A DNA stretch of 64,000 nucleotides, from NCBI GenBank assembly GCA_965214755.1, contig OZ243979.1, positions 2,691,251-2,755,250 on the forward strand, written 5' to 3'. Source of the DNA: an uncultured Candidatus Binatia bacterium. GTDB taxonomy: Bacteria; Desulfobacterota; Binatia; Bin18. Shown in pieces: positions 27,413-37,617 of the stretch. Within the stretch, counting starts at the first letter, position 1. The number at the start of each line of letters is the position of its first letter. Made by a program: the position numbers and the translations under genes. Under the pieces are notes generated by a model that was not told the DNA's origin, ran no database searches, and was given only the letters and a program-made list of their open reading frames with translations.

Positions 27413-28690
27413 ATGCCAACAAACAGTACTCTCACACAGGGACTCCGAGTCGGCATCATCGGCGGGTCTATTGCCGGCTGTACTGCGGCGATCGAACTGC
27501 TGCGGGCAGGCTGCGAGGTCACGCTTTTAGAGCGCACGGGCGACACCTTGAAGGATAGAGGGGCGGGCATCGGCGTTCCGCCCTCGGTCATGGATACCTT
27601 CATTGAACGCGACCTCGTTGATGCTGATACCCCCTTCTTCGCCGGTCATGCGTTCACGCGGATATGGCGAACAGAAACAGAGCGCCGGTACGGCTATCTT
27701 GCCTGGGACCAGCCCGCAAATCTGGCCTTGCTCAACTGGGGTGGGTTGTATAGAAACCTGCGCAAACGCGTTCCGGATATGGTATATCGCTCAGGGCAGC
27801 GAGCTGTGGCCTTACACCAGCGACCCGATGGAACGATCCGGGTGGAGTTGGCCGATGGGTCCACGGCTGCATTTGACCTGGTGGTCTGTGCCGATGGCTA
27901 CACCTCGCTTGGCCGGCGTACCCTCTTTCCCGATAGTGCCCTGAGATATGCCGGCTATGTCTTGTGGCGGGGCTTCCTGTTTGAAGAGGAACTGCAAGAA
28001 TCACAGCCGCTCGAAAGCGGTGTCCGCTGTTTGGGCTATCCGGGCGGACACGGTATTTTTTATTTCGTGCCGGGCTTGGGCGGAGCGACTGCGCCGGGTC
28101 AGCGTCTGGTGAATTGGGGTCTGTATGTCCCGGTTGCCGCCTCCGCGCTGACCGATTTTCTGACTGACAAAGACGGCAACGCGCACTCGGGATCGCTCCC
28201 CCCCGGTGGTATGCCCTTGGCCACGGAAGTCGAGCTGAAACGGCGCGCCCACGAACGGCTGCCCGACTATTACGCCGAGATCGTCGATGCCTGCCGGGAC
28301 ACATTTGCCTACGCCATTTATGATTGTGAGGTCCCGGCCTACCGCAAAGGCCGGGTCTGTTTGGTGGGCGACGCCGGGGCCTTCGCCCGCCCCCACACGG
28401 CAGCAGGCGCGCTCAAGGGGATTAACGATGCCATCGCCCTGGGCGAAGCACTCACGACTCATAGCTCATTGGAAGCGGCTCTCAGCCAGTGGGACACAAC
28501 CCGGACCGACACGAACAACGACTTGGTGAGATTTGGCCACCAGCTCGGGCGGGCGCTCGTCCTGGAAATTCCCGACTGGTCGCAGATGGACGCTCGGAGC
28601 ATGGAGCAGTGGTTCACGTCGATCGTGACGATCAAAACCGAAGTCCTCAATCCCAACCGGCATGGCGGAGATGCCGCGCGACGCCCGTAA
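27413..28690 (+). CDS. FAD-dependent monooxygenase (aromatic-ring hydroxylase-like)
   Basis: Start at ATG 27413. LRVGIIGGSIAGCTAAIELLRAGCEVTLLER is a GxGxxG dinucleotide fold. CLVGDAGAFARPHTAAGALKGINDA is the FAD-binding DG motif region. Confidence 0.7.
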   Translation: MPTNSTLTQGLRVGIIGGSIAGCTAAIELLRAGCEVTLLERTGDTLKDRGAGIGVPPSVMDTFIERDLVDADTPFFAGHAFTRIWRTETERRYGYLAWDQPANLALLNWGGLYRNLRKRVPDMVYRSGQRAVALHQRPDGTIRVELADGSTAAFDLVVCADGYTSLGRRTLFPDSALRYAGYVLWRGFLFEEELQESQPLESGVRCLGYPGGHGIFYFVPGLGGATAPGQRLVNWGLYVPVAASALTDFLTDKDGNAHSGSLPPGGMPLATEVELKRRAHERLPDYYAEIVDACRDTFAYAIYDCEVPAYRKGRVCLVGDAGAFARPHTAAGALKGINDAIALGEALTTHSSLEAALSQWDTTRTDTNNDLVRFGHQLGRALVLEIPDWSQMDARSMEQWFTSIVTIKTEVLNPNRHGGDAARRP

Positions 28691-28767
28691 AACTCGCTCG
28701 AAGGCGTTGATTTCCAGTATTGAGAAGGGGTAGAGAGGAAAGAAGAGACTGAGTGAAGGAGGGTTTC

Positions 28768-28893
28768 ATGACTACCATCCTTGCGATAACCGCGTTCTTT
28801 CTCATCTTTCTGGTTCTGATCGGCCTGCTCGCCCAACGGGCAGACCGGATACGAGACGAGGCCGCTCAGGGGGAAGAGTCAAACCAGCAGTAA
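28768..28893 (+). CDS. small hydrophobic peptide (41 aa), not in ORF track
   Basis: ATG at 28768 preceded by GAAGGAGGG. Encodes MTTILAITAFFLIFLVLIGLLAQRADRIRDEAAQGEESNQQ, one predicted TM helix plus a charged tail. Stop TAA at 28891. Confidence 0.35.
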   Translation: MTTILAITAFFLIFLVLIGLLAQRADRIRDEAAQGEESNQQ

Positions 28894-28927
28894 GGAGTGT
28901 AAGCCAGAGAAAAGGGGGGAACAATCC

Positions 28928-30088
28928 ATGCCAGCGACGGCGGAACGGAAACCAGAGGCAAACAGCATTTTTCAACAGGCCGTTGCAACCACGCTCCGGG
29001 AGAACGGCGAGCTTGGGATGCAAGTCGCCGTGTATCTCGATGGCGAGCAAGTCGTGGATGTCTGGGGGGGTATTGCCGACGAGACCACTGGACGGGCAGT
29101 CGATGGAGATACGCTCTTCCCTTCCTTCTCTGTCATCAAGGCGACCACGGCAACCGCGCTCCATCTCCAGGCCGAACGGGGCTTGATTGAGTATGATACG
29201 CCTATTGCGCACTACTGGCCCGAGTTCGCGGCCCACGGCAAAGACACCGCAACCGTCCGGGATGCGCTGAGCCACCGCTTGGGAATTCCGTATATGCCCG
29301 AGGGCGTCACGCCTGAACTCATGAGTAATTATGACTGGATGGTCGAGCAACTGGCAAATATGAAGCCGCTCTTTGCGGCCGGCACGCGGAATGCCTATAT
29401 GTGTTACACTTTCGGCTGGGTCATTGCCGAGTGTGTGCGCCGGACCGATCCCAAACATCGGCCATACGGCACGTTTGTGCAGGAGGAGATATGTGCGCCC
29501 CTTGGCATTACGGATCTCTGGATCGGGATTCCTGAAGAAGTCGAACCGCGCGTGGCCCGGCTGAAGAACGCGCCTCCACTGCCATTACCGGCAGATGCGC
29601 CGATCCTGCGTGCCATGCCGCCTCAGGTCGGAGCGACTGAGGAGGTCTTCGGCCGTTCCGATATGCGACGCGGCTGCATTCCGGGTGCGCACGGTATTAT
29701 GAACGCCCGCAGCTCAGCCCGGCTGTTTGCCATGCTGGCCAATGGTGGAGAACTGGACGGCGTTCGCTTACTGTCCGAAGATCGGGTGAATTCGTTTAGC
29801 ACTCCACGTCCCGATACCGATCAGCCGGACACGGTGCTGGGCATGGCGATCCGCATGGGGACCGCCGGGCTGTGGGTCGGCGGGGTGAAAGATCCTCACT
29901 ATCCGTTCCGTCTCGCGGGTTTGAATCCACGTACGGTGCTCCATCCGGGCGCTGGCGGAGCAATTGCCTGGGCCGACCCGGACGCGCGCTTGGCGGTGGC
30001 GATCTGTCACAACCGGATGATCCATAATCCCACGCTAGCCTTCAAGCCCGTTCAGGCTGCGGTCGAGCAGGTCTTTAGGGTTGTATAA
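28928..30088 (+). CDS. serine hydrolase, class C beta-lactamase / PBP4*-related (EstB-like esterase family)
   Basis: LFPSFSVIKATTATALH contains the SxxK motif (SVIK). 386 aa is typical of beta-lactamase-related esterases. RBS-like AAGGGGGGAACAATCC before the ATG. Confidence 0.7.
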   Translation: MPATAERKPEANSIFQQAVATTLRENGELGMQVAVYLDGEQVVDVWGGIADETTGRAVDGDTLFPSFSVIKATTATALHLQAERGLIEYDTPIAHYWPEFAAHGKDTATVRDALSHRLGIPYMPEGVTPELMSNYDWMVEQLANMKPLFAAGTRNAYMCYTFGWVIAECVRRTDPKHRPYGTFVQEEICAPLGITDLWIGIPEEVEPRVARLKNAPPLPLPADAPILRAMPPQVGATEEVFGRSDMRRGCIPGAHGIMNARSSARLFAMLANGGELDGVRLLSEDRVNSFSTPRPDTDQPDTVLGMAIRMGTAGLWVGGVKDPHYPFRLAGLNPRTVLHPGAGGAIAWADPDARLAVAICHNRMIHNPTLAFKPVQAAVEQVFRVV

Positions 30089-30098
30089 GGAGAGCGGG

Positions 30099-30593
30099 AT
30101 GACGCTGCCTGATTCTGCAATCGTACTTCAGCGGGGAGAGGGCGACTCGGTAGCCATTGGGACTGGCACCCGGTGTACGTTTAAGGTGAGGGGAAAAGAC
30201 ACCGAGGGTCATTTCGGCCTGTTCGAGTATATAATGGAACCAGGGACTGAAGGACCGCGCCGCCATATTCACCGGCAGATGGCGGAAATATTCTACGTGG
30301 TCGAGGGCGCAATCGAACTCCTCGTCGGGGACGAGAAGATGACGGCCCGAGCCGGAACGACCGCCCTCGTCCCCAAGGAAGCGATACACGCCTTTTCCAA
30401 CCCAGGCGCGCAGCGCTCAGTATTATTGATTATGTTTTGTCCGGCCGACTCACGCGAGAAATACTTCGAGGGGCTGGCCGAACTCACCAAAGACGGACGA
30501 CCGCCGGACCAAAACGCTCTGCTTGAGTTGATGCGCAAGTATGACACGGAGCCAGTAGCGGAACCGCTCTATGGGGAGACGGAGACGCGGTAA
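30099..30593 (+). CDS. cupin domain protein
   Basis: ATG at 30099 after TAAGGAGAG. GPRRHIHRQMAEIFYVVEGAIELLVGDE...ALVPKEAIHAFSNPG shows cupin motifs G(X)5HxH...E and G(X)5PxG(X)2H. Confidence 0.6.
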   Translation: MTLPDSAIVLQRGEGDSVAIGTGTRCTFKVRGKDTEGHFGLFEYIMEPGTEGPRRHIHRQMAEIFYVVEGAIELLVGDEKMTARAGTTALVPKEAIHAFSNPGAQRSVLLIMFCPADSREKYFEGLAELTKDGRPPDQNALLELMRKYDTEPVAEPLYGETETR

Positions 30594-30857
30594 ACGATCT
30601 GAGATTTTTCGGACCGGTAAGTACCTCAGCGGAGACAAACGCCAGAATGGCCCCCTATTTATCTGTCAGCTTACTTAAAGCTGTCTCCTTCCTGGGCTGG
30701 CGCTTTCCGGGGCGACGAGTGTGCTCGTGTTGACGACGAGACCCATGGATTGGTTGGAGATGGATCAACCCGATTGATCTGCTCAAGGCCGTGCGCGAAG
30801 CGGTCATCTCAGGCGCTGAGCGCTTCGTGCATCAGTGATAATCACTCTCCCCTCGGC

Positions 30858-33800
30858 TCACTCGAACGAGGCTAGCAACCCTTCAAGCCGTTTACGGGTT
30901 GCGGATTGGACCCGAGAGATTCCAATAGCTTTCGCTATATCCCGCATAGGCTCCGCTGCTCCTGTCTCCTTCACATTCTGAATGAGTGCTCTTAATTCTT
31001 CTTGACAGATTTCCTCAGCCGACCGATAGGCGTCTTTGTCCTCAGGGGCTCTAAAGATTGTCCATTTGTCCGGCTGCGCTCCCGCAGGCCAGTAAAATTT
31101 TCTCTGGTCTTCTGTGCTAGTCTGAAACTTCTTCTTCTGTGCAATAGTGCGGACTCGGTCCTGTATTAATCTTCCCGCACGCTGAAAGCCGTGCGCACGC
31201 GCTACGCGTTTGATGAGGAGATCCTCGTGTATCGGTCCTTCGACCTCAATAATACGTGTGATGAGCGCAGAGAGTATTTGGGTATAGCTCTTTTCCTTGA
31301 ACGCTTCTGGACTGATCTGATCTTCAAACTCACTGAGATCGGTCGCTCGATAAACGGTTTTCAAAAACTGTCTATCTCCTGGAGCTGATCCAGCTCGTGA
31401 GGCCGTCAGTTCATACTGTTCACTCGGCTGCTTTTTTAACATTGTGTCGGCCTGCTCTTCGGCTTGAGCACGCGCGGTATTCAGTAGTTCCTCCAAGGCA
31501 TGCTGGAGCTTCTCCGTCGCACCAACTGGGTCAATCCACCAATCGGTTGACCATATCCTGAGGATGTTCCAGCCGAGTCTACGGAGTACCTGTTCCCTTA
31601 CCTTGTCACGATCTCTTGCCGTTGCAGATCGATGATAGGTTGCGCCATCGCACTCTATCCCGGCAAGGTATGCTCCTGGATTGTCAGGGTGTACCACGCC
31701 GAGATCGATCCGAAAGGCCGATACACCGATCTGACTCTCAACCCTCCAGCCCTTAGCCCGTAGACGATTGGCAACCGCTTTCTCAAAGGGGGAGTCATAC
31801 CCACCAACTGAACCATGGACGGCTTCTGCTAATGCATGCGGCCCACGCTCCGCATATTCCATGAAGTGCTTTAGGTCCCGTACTCCAACAGCTTGGGTGC
31901 GTGACAAATCAATCTGCTCAGGTCGGAAGCTGGAAAAAACGACGAGCTCGCTTCGGGCACGAGTAATAGCAACGTTCAGACGACGCTCCCCACCCTCTTT
32001 ATTCATTGGCCCAAAGTTCATCGTCATATGCCCCGTGCGATCAGGCCCATAGGTGAGCGAGAAAAACATGATATCGCGCTCGTCCCCTTGGACGCTTTCG
32101 AGGTTCTTTACAAAGACAGGCTCTGTAAGATCATCCGAGAAGAACGGCTCAATCTGCGGGGACTTGCGCCGTTCATTGTCCAGTAAATCCTCTATCAAGC
32201 GCTGTTGCTCCGAGTTAAATGTCACAATGCCAATAGATTTCTGTGGGTTGAGGGGAAGCTGATTCTTCAACCGTTCAACCACCTCAGCTACCACCGCTTG
32301 TGCCTCTATTGCATTGGACCGTGCCCTAGCCCGTTCATATACGGCATCTTCAACAAAACGAAATTTCACCGCGGTATCCTCGGTTCTCGCCGAGGGAAAT
32401 GTGATCAAACCGCCACTATAGTAATGGTGATTAGAGAATGCGATGAGACTTTCGTGCTCACTACGATAGTGCCAGTTGATCTTATGCTCCGGTAGACTGG
32501 CTCCGAGACACTCATCCAGGATGCTTTCCAGGTCGCCTTCCAGATCAACCTCTTCGTCTGCCTCTTCATCGGAGCGATTAAAGAAGCTTGTTGGGGGAAG
32601 CTGTTTGGGATCCCCAACAATCACCGCGTGCTTAGCCCGTGCGATAGCACCAATGGCATCCCAGATCGTGATTTGAGAGGCTTCATCAAAGATCACTATA
32701 TCGAACTGCGCCTGACCTGCGGGGAGGTATTGCGCTATCGAGAGTGGACTCATGAGCAGGCATGGGGTTAGCTGAGGAAGAGCGGTCGGCATCTCTGTGA
32801 CAAGTTGCCTGAGTGGCTTATGACGCTGTCTTTTCTCCAACTCGCGTTTCAGTATGCCGAACTCTGATCCACGCGCGACGTCATTTTTGGATGGTAAATC
32901 GCCACTCAAACGAGCTCTGATATATTGCCGAGTGATTACGGAGAATTTGTCATCGAGTGCGCGGAATTCCTTAACCGTTGCTTCATGCTCGGCAGAAACA
33001 AAGGTTCTGAGCACCTCGTCGTTATCCACAACTGCATTGATCCACCAGCGTGCATAGTTGGTCTCAAAAGCTTGCTCCACACCGCCCAGGTCAATTCCCC
33101 CATTCTCCAGTGCAAGGATGAGATTTTCGAGGCCCAACTCGCTTGCTTCATTTCGCACTCTCCGCCAAGCACACCATGTGTTCAATTTGGCCTTATTATG
33201 GATGATTACGGACAATGATACGTTTGTATTTGAGAGCCAATCCTCCAGTTCTCCTTGGCCAAGCCGGTCAAACGCCTCATTACCGGCGAGAGAGGCGAAT
33301 TTTCTGAGTTGATTTTGAAAGTTACTCCACTCTTTTGAAAGCCTCTGGCTAGTGCGCCCAATCTGGCTGGTATCTTCTAATAGATCATTGCCGTCCTCAA
33401 GCAATCTTTTGAGCTTGGCGCGGATCTCAACCAAACTGTCTGTATCCTGTCCTAGTGCTGCAATGGCACGACGAATTTTGCATGCAATTTCCAGTTCTTC
33501 TTGGACCTGGGACACTTCCGTGTTGAAGCCTTCCCACACAGCGACTGCAGATAACCTTTCCTCTAAGCTCGCCAGCGTCTGTCCAAAAGTTCTTAAAGAA
33601 TCAAAAAGAGCTAAATCTTCTGCAACGTCTGGTGTATGTCGTGCGCCACCAGCAGATCGCAGATCTTTTCTTATGAAAAGTTTTTGAAAGAATGACAGTG
33701 GCCACCAGGTGCGAATGGCGGCTTTCCAACGCGTTGCGAGATCGTCAATAGGGATATTTTGCCACGCCTGTTCGGCATAACTCCCCGAGAGTTGCTGCTC

Positions 33801-36683
33801 AGTCTTCCGGTATTCCTGAAGAGCCGTACATGCCTGCTCAAGCGCAGAAATAGTCTGTCCAGCACCGGACTCAGCCGCGTAGCCCATGTGTCTTCTGAAA
33901 CATAGTGGGAGGACTTCAGCCAACTCAGCGAGAGCCATTAATTGATCGTAGTTGTGGCCCGTGGATGAAAGTCCCAAGTCCAATGCAAGAGTGGCGACAG
34001 GCTCTACAAGTGCTTTCGCTGTCCGCGAGAGGGTTGCACAATGGACGAGCAGTTGTTCCTGCCAACCGGGTGACCAATCGCTTGTATGGACACTACTAAG
34101 CGGACTACCGGAAATCTCGCCAAGTTCTGCCACATTGATATCAATCCGGTGGACTACCTCCCTCAGTTGGTCTAAGTCTTCGGAACTGTGCGTATCTGGA
34201 TGTGACCACTGGAGAGAAACAAATGGCATACTCTCGTCGTGGACAATGCGGCCCATAGCGAGATAGGGTGTCAGGCCGTTCGCATATTGATGATGAAGCC
34301 GCTGGACAAATCTATTCAGCTTGTCACGATGTTTCTTCAAACGCCCTGCTTCTGTTTTCCACTCGTGAATGGTGTGGGCGCCTGACCGATCCCATGCCTG
34401 TCTTAATTGCTCCAACACGGCAGTCTTCCGTGCTTTGTTTGAATGCAGTTCCAGGCAGAATTCGCCAAGACCAACCTCCCTGAGGCGTCTATACACCACA
34501 TCAAGTGCAGCAATTTTTTCAGAGACAAAAAGGACTTTGCGTCCCTCTGCAAGATTATGCGCAATCATATTCGCAATAGTCTGAGACTTGCCTGTCCCTG
34601 GCGGGCCAAGAAGAACGAAATCCTTTCCCTTTGCGCAAGCAAGCACCGCTGAGAGCTGTGAAGAGTCCGCAGGCAACGGGGTTAAAATATCTGCCGGACT
34701 GTACCTCTCGTCTAAGGTCTCTGGATTAGGAAATTCTATTTCACCGGCGTACGGATCGCGAGGCGTTTCTATTAAATGCCGAACAATATCATTTTCCTTA
34801 AGATGAGCGGTACGATCGACTAAATCTTTCCACATCAAATATTTTGCGAACGAAAACAGGCCCAGGACAATCTCCTCAACGACCTCGAAGCCTTGAACCT
34901 CTTTCACTTCCTGTCGAACTTTGTTCCAAACGAGAGTTACGTCTATACCATGGCTATCTTCGGGAAGTGCTCCATCGAAGCCTTTGATGTCTAAATTAAA
35001 ATCCTGCCTCAACATTTCTAACAGCGTAGTATTGAATCTGGGCTCGTCATCGTGGAGAGAGAGGCGGACGCCTGATCGGACACTTTTTCGCTCCAAGGTC
35101 ACGGGAATGAGAATCAGTGGTGCCCGGAATTTACGATCCGAACTATCGTCTTTTTTCCAAACAAGAAAACCGAGAGCGAGGAACAGAGTGTTCGACCCGC
35201 CTTCTTGTAAATCACTACGTGCGGTTCGGAATAGTTCCACCAGCCGACTCTCCAACTCCTTTTTATCAAGTTCGACGAGCAATTCGTCCCGTAATAAAGC
35301 TGCTTTTGCGTACTCTTCTGTCAGATGCTCGCCGGTTCGCTGATGATGTAAGGTGCTGGAGCGGCCGTCTTCAACCTCCATATTAGGCGCTGACACGATT
35401 TTCATCTTCTTACCGTCAGCTAAGCGGTCTTCCAGCGTGCTAAGGTCTGGACAAAAAATCTTTACTGACTTTTTCGTCGCGCGGAAATTCAACAAGCGAT
35501 TACGTAAAGAAAGATCAAGCAGCTTTCTCTGCCATCGATCCAACCGGGTCTGTGGCGAAGTTTCCTCAGGTTGTATTTCTCCAATTGGGGTATCAAAATC
35601 CGGCAGACCCTCTGGTGCAGCTTCGAGTGGGTCGTCTCGATGCGCTACCGCTGACTCAGTACTGCCCTCTGCTTGTGGTGCCTGACTGGCAAGCGGCCTC
35701 ACCCTTTGCATCCGAGCACGACGAATATCCGTCGCCAAGATAAAGTCCTGCTCACGCTCTTCTGCAATCTGCCGCTTGGCTTCGTCAATCGCTGCAGAAA
35801 AAGGTGCGGGAGGGTGGTTTGTTGCTAATGTTGTCTCAAAAACTAACAATTCCTTTAGATCGATCCGTTTTCGAAGAGTACTGGCCTCATCCACAACGAG
35901 CTTGGAAAATTGCTCTGGCTGGAGCCACGCACCGGCAAAAGCGTGTCCTGCGATGAAGACAAGGATAGGGTTGAAGCCTGCTTGTTCTAGAGTGGCTGCC
36001 AAGAATAGCGCCAAGTCAAGACAAGTGGCTCTACCAGAATCAATAATTTGAGACGGTAAACGAATTTTCTGCCCAGTTGTCTCAAAGCTCGCTGGTGGAA
36101 GTGCGTAATCGAGCCGAAGGCTCGTGAGCGCTGACCAGATGGCTGAGATGATTTCCCAAACCCGCTGTCGAGAACCAGAGGTGTAGCCGTCAATGTGAGG
36201 TGGCCTTCCAGCCTGTCGCAGAATTTCACTCGTACTTTTGAGAAGCTTATCCACAGCCGGATCGTTGCTGGCGCAAAAGGCTGCCAGCAACTCTGGCATA
36301 AAATGAACGCCTCCCCACTCGTTATGCGCCAGCAGTTCAACAGGCTGCGTGGCCGAAGCGAGCCCGGTTGAATCGTTATCCTTAGTATGGAGGGTAAAGC
36401 GAGCGTTTCCAGAAACTGCTTCATTGAGGCCTAACAGATATTCCCCGCTCAGCATAATATCCAAGTCATCTAGGTGCAGGATATCATCGGTTCGCAAGCA
36501 GTCGATTGTCCAGTTTCTTGGTGTGAAAAAAATTGGGTCGGATGAGAACTCCAGAGTCAGATTCTCATAGTCAGACTCTGAGACGTTATGAAGAGACAAC
36601 TCTCTAATAAGCGGTACCGAGTTTTGATGCGACGCAAAAGTGATCTTCTTGGCAACGGTTGCGCAAATTTGAATACCGCTCAT
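30858..36683 (-). CDS. giant DUF4011 - SF1 (Upf1-like) helicase - DUF559/Vsr-like PD-(D/E)xK endonuclease - DUF3320 protein; Hhe-like single-gene antiphage candidate
   Basis: 1941 aa, uninterrupted. DUF4011-like RKLLDLSLRNRLLNF. Walker A LLGPPGTGKSQTIANMI. Helicase motifs VIVGDPKQLPPT, SVQGDERDIMFFS and NVAITRARSELVVFSS. C-terminal nuclease ...IDLGVVHP...GIECDGATYH...LRRLGWNILRIWSTDWWIDP. Terminal DUF3320-like region. Gene GC is clearly lower than the flanks. Confidence 0.7.
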   Translation of the reverse strand: MSGIQICATVAKKITFASHQNSVPLIRELSLHNVSESDYENLTLEFSSDPIFFTPRNWTIDCLRTDDILHLDDLDIMLSGEYLLGLNEAVSGNARFTLHTKDNDSTGLASATQPVELLAHNEWGGVHFMPELLAAFCASNDPAVDKLLKSTSEILRQAGRPPHIDGYTSGSRQRVWEIISAIWSALTSLRLDYALPPASFETTGQKIRLPSQIIDSGRATCLDLALFLAATLEQAGFNPILVFIAGHAFAGAWLQPEQFSKLVVDEASTLRKRIDLKELLVFETTLATNHPPAPFSAAIDEAKRQIAEEREQDFILATDIRRARMQRVRPLASQAPQAEGSTESAVAHRDDPLEAAPEGLPDFDTPIGEIQPEETSPQTRLDRWQRKLLDLSLRNRLLNFRATKKSVKIFCPDLSTLEDRLADGKKMKIVSAPNMEVEDGRSSTLHHQRTGEHLTEEYAKAALLRDELLVELDKKELESRLVELFRTARSDLQEGGSNTLFLALGFLVWKKDDSSDRKFRAPLILIPVTLERKSVRSGVRLSLHDDEPRFNTTLLEMLRQDFNLDIKGFDGALPEDSHGIDVTLVWNKVRQEVKEVQGFEVVEEIVLGLFSFAKYLMWKDLVDRTAHLKENDIVRHLIETPRDPYAGEIEFPNPETLDERYSPADILTPLPADSSQLSAVLACAKGKDFVLLGPPGTGKSQTIANMIAHNLAEGRKVLFVSEKIAALDVVYRRLREVGLGEFCLELHSNKARKTAVLEQLRQAWDRSGAHTIHEWKTEAGRLKKHRDKLNRFVQRLHHQYANGLTPYLAMGRIVHDESMPFVSLQWSHPDTHSSEDLDQLREVVHRIDINVAELGEISGSPLSSVHTSDWSPGWQEQLLVHCATLSRTAKALVEPVATLALDLGLSSTGHNYDQLMALAELAEVLPLCFRRHMGYAAESGAGQTISALEQACTALQEYRKTEQQLSGSYAEQAWQNIPIDDLATRWKAAIRTWWPLSFFQKLFIRKDLRSAGGARHTPDVAEDLALFDSLRTFGQTLASLEERLSAVAVWEGFNTEVSQVQEELEIACKIRRAIAALGQDTDSLVEIRAKLKRLLEDGNDLLEDTSQIGRTSQRLSKEWSNFQNQLRKFASLAGNEAFDRLGQGELEDWLSNTNVSLSVIIHNKAKLNTWCAWRRVRNEASELGLENLILALENGGIDLGGVEQAFETNYARWWINAVVDNDEVLRTFVSAEHEATVKEFRALDDKFSVITRQYIRARLSGDLPSKNDVARGSEFGILKRELEKRQRHKPLRQLVTEMPTALPQLTPCLLMSPLSIAQYLPAGQAQFDIVIFDEASQITIWDAIGAIARAKHAVIVGDPKQLPPTSFFNRSDEEADEEVDLEGDLESILDECLGASLPEHKINWHYRSEHESLIAFSNHHYYSGGLITFPSARTEDTAVKFRFVEDAVYERARARSNAIEAQAVVAEVVERLKNQLPLNPQKSIGIVTFNSEQQRLIEDLLDNERRKSPQIEPFFSDDLTEPVFVKNLESVQGDERDIMFFSLTYGPDRTGHMTMNFGPMNKEGGERRLNVAITRARSELVVFSSFRPEQIDLSRTQAVGVRDLKHFMEYAERGPHALAEAVHGSVGGYDSPFEKAVANRLRAKGWRVESQIGVSAFRIDLGVVHPDNPGAYLAGIECDGATYHRSATARDRDKVREQVLRRLGWNILRIWSTDWWIDPVGATEKLQHALEELLNTARAQAEEQADTMLKKQPSEQYELTASRAGSAPGDRQFLKTVYRATDLSEFEDQISPEAFKEKSYTQILSALITRIIEVEGPIHEDLLIKRVARAHGFQRAGRLIQDRVRTIAQKKKFQTSTEDQRKFYWPAGAQPDKWTIFRAPEDKDAYRSAEEICQEELRALIQNVKETGAAEPMRDIAKAIGISRVQSATRKRLEGLLASFE

Positions 36684-36901
36684 ACAGACCTCTGGGTTCT
36701 TTTGGATAAACTCCCTACCTCAATCGGGCTAAACAGCACTTAACACCTGGGAGTATCCTACAATAGTACTACCAGATTTCCTTAGAGAGTCTTGTTGAGA
36801 GGAGACACCGTTGGTCCAACATTGGGGGAACTGTCTTTGTGCGCTCTCGCCCTATTGAGATCTAACTTGACCAAGTCACTGGACCTAGTTAAAGTTTCTC
36901 C

Positions 36902-37135
36902 ATGAAAACAATGCTCGTGTCTGAATTCAAGGCAAAGTGCATCGCTGTACTCAAGGAAGTCAATCGTTCCCGCGAGCCCATGATTGTGCCTCTGCGTGGG
37001 CAACCCCTGGTGACTATCCAGCCATTCGCAGCACTCCCTTCGGGCAAACAACTCGGTGAGCTGAAGGGCAAGATGACTATTCACGGTGACCTCGTCCACA
37101 CTGACTCGACCGATGATTGGGACATGCTGGCGTGA
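36902..37135 (+). CDS. type II antitoxin, Phd/YefM family
   Basis: MKTMLVSEFKAKCIAVLKEVNRSREPMIVPLRGQPLVTIQP. GTGA overlap with the downstream PIN gene. Confidence 0.55.
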   Translation: MKTMLVSEFKAKCIAVLKEVNRSREPMIVPLRGQPLVTIQPFAALPSGKQLGELKGKMTIHGDLVHTDSTDDWDMLA

Positions 37136-37531
37136 CGCTGTTGCTCGACACCCATGTCTGGATCTGGTCGCAGGAGCAGCCTGAGAAGTTAGGACGACAA
37201 ACAGCGCGAGCACTGCTGGACCCAGAGTACACCGACACTATCTGTACAATATCCACGCTGGAAGTTGCACGTCTGTTAGCCGTTGGTACAATCTCACTGG
37301 CCATCCCACTCAGCGCCTGGATTGCCCATTCCCTGAGCAGTCTGGACGCAACAACATTACCCGTGACCCATGCGATTGCCGCCGAAGCGTACGCCCTTCC
37401 CGCCACCTTCCATAAGGACCCGGCAGATCGTATCCTCGTGGCAGCAGCCGTCTGCATGAACTGACCCTGTTGACGGCTGATGAACGGATTCTGCACTACC
37501 CCCATGTTCGGACACTGGATGCCCACAGTTA
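37132..37531 (+). CDS. vapC: type II toxin VapC (PIN domain) with apparent -1 frameshift near the C-terminus (~37452)
   Basis: MTLLLDTHVWIWSQE... is a PIN N-terminus. The annotated frame stops at 37464 (..AAAVCMN*), but the canonical C-terminus LHELTLLTADERILHYPHVRTLDA continues in the 0 frame to TAG 37531. Confidence 0.6.
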
Positions 37532-37617
37532 GAGGAGCGCTGTTCATCCCCCGGTACGGGTCGTCTGACAAGAGAACACGCCTTGAGCGTCACACCACGC
37601 TGGGCTAACGTGTCGGC

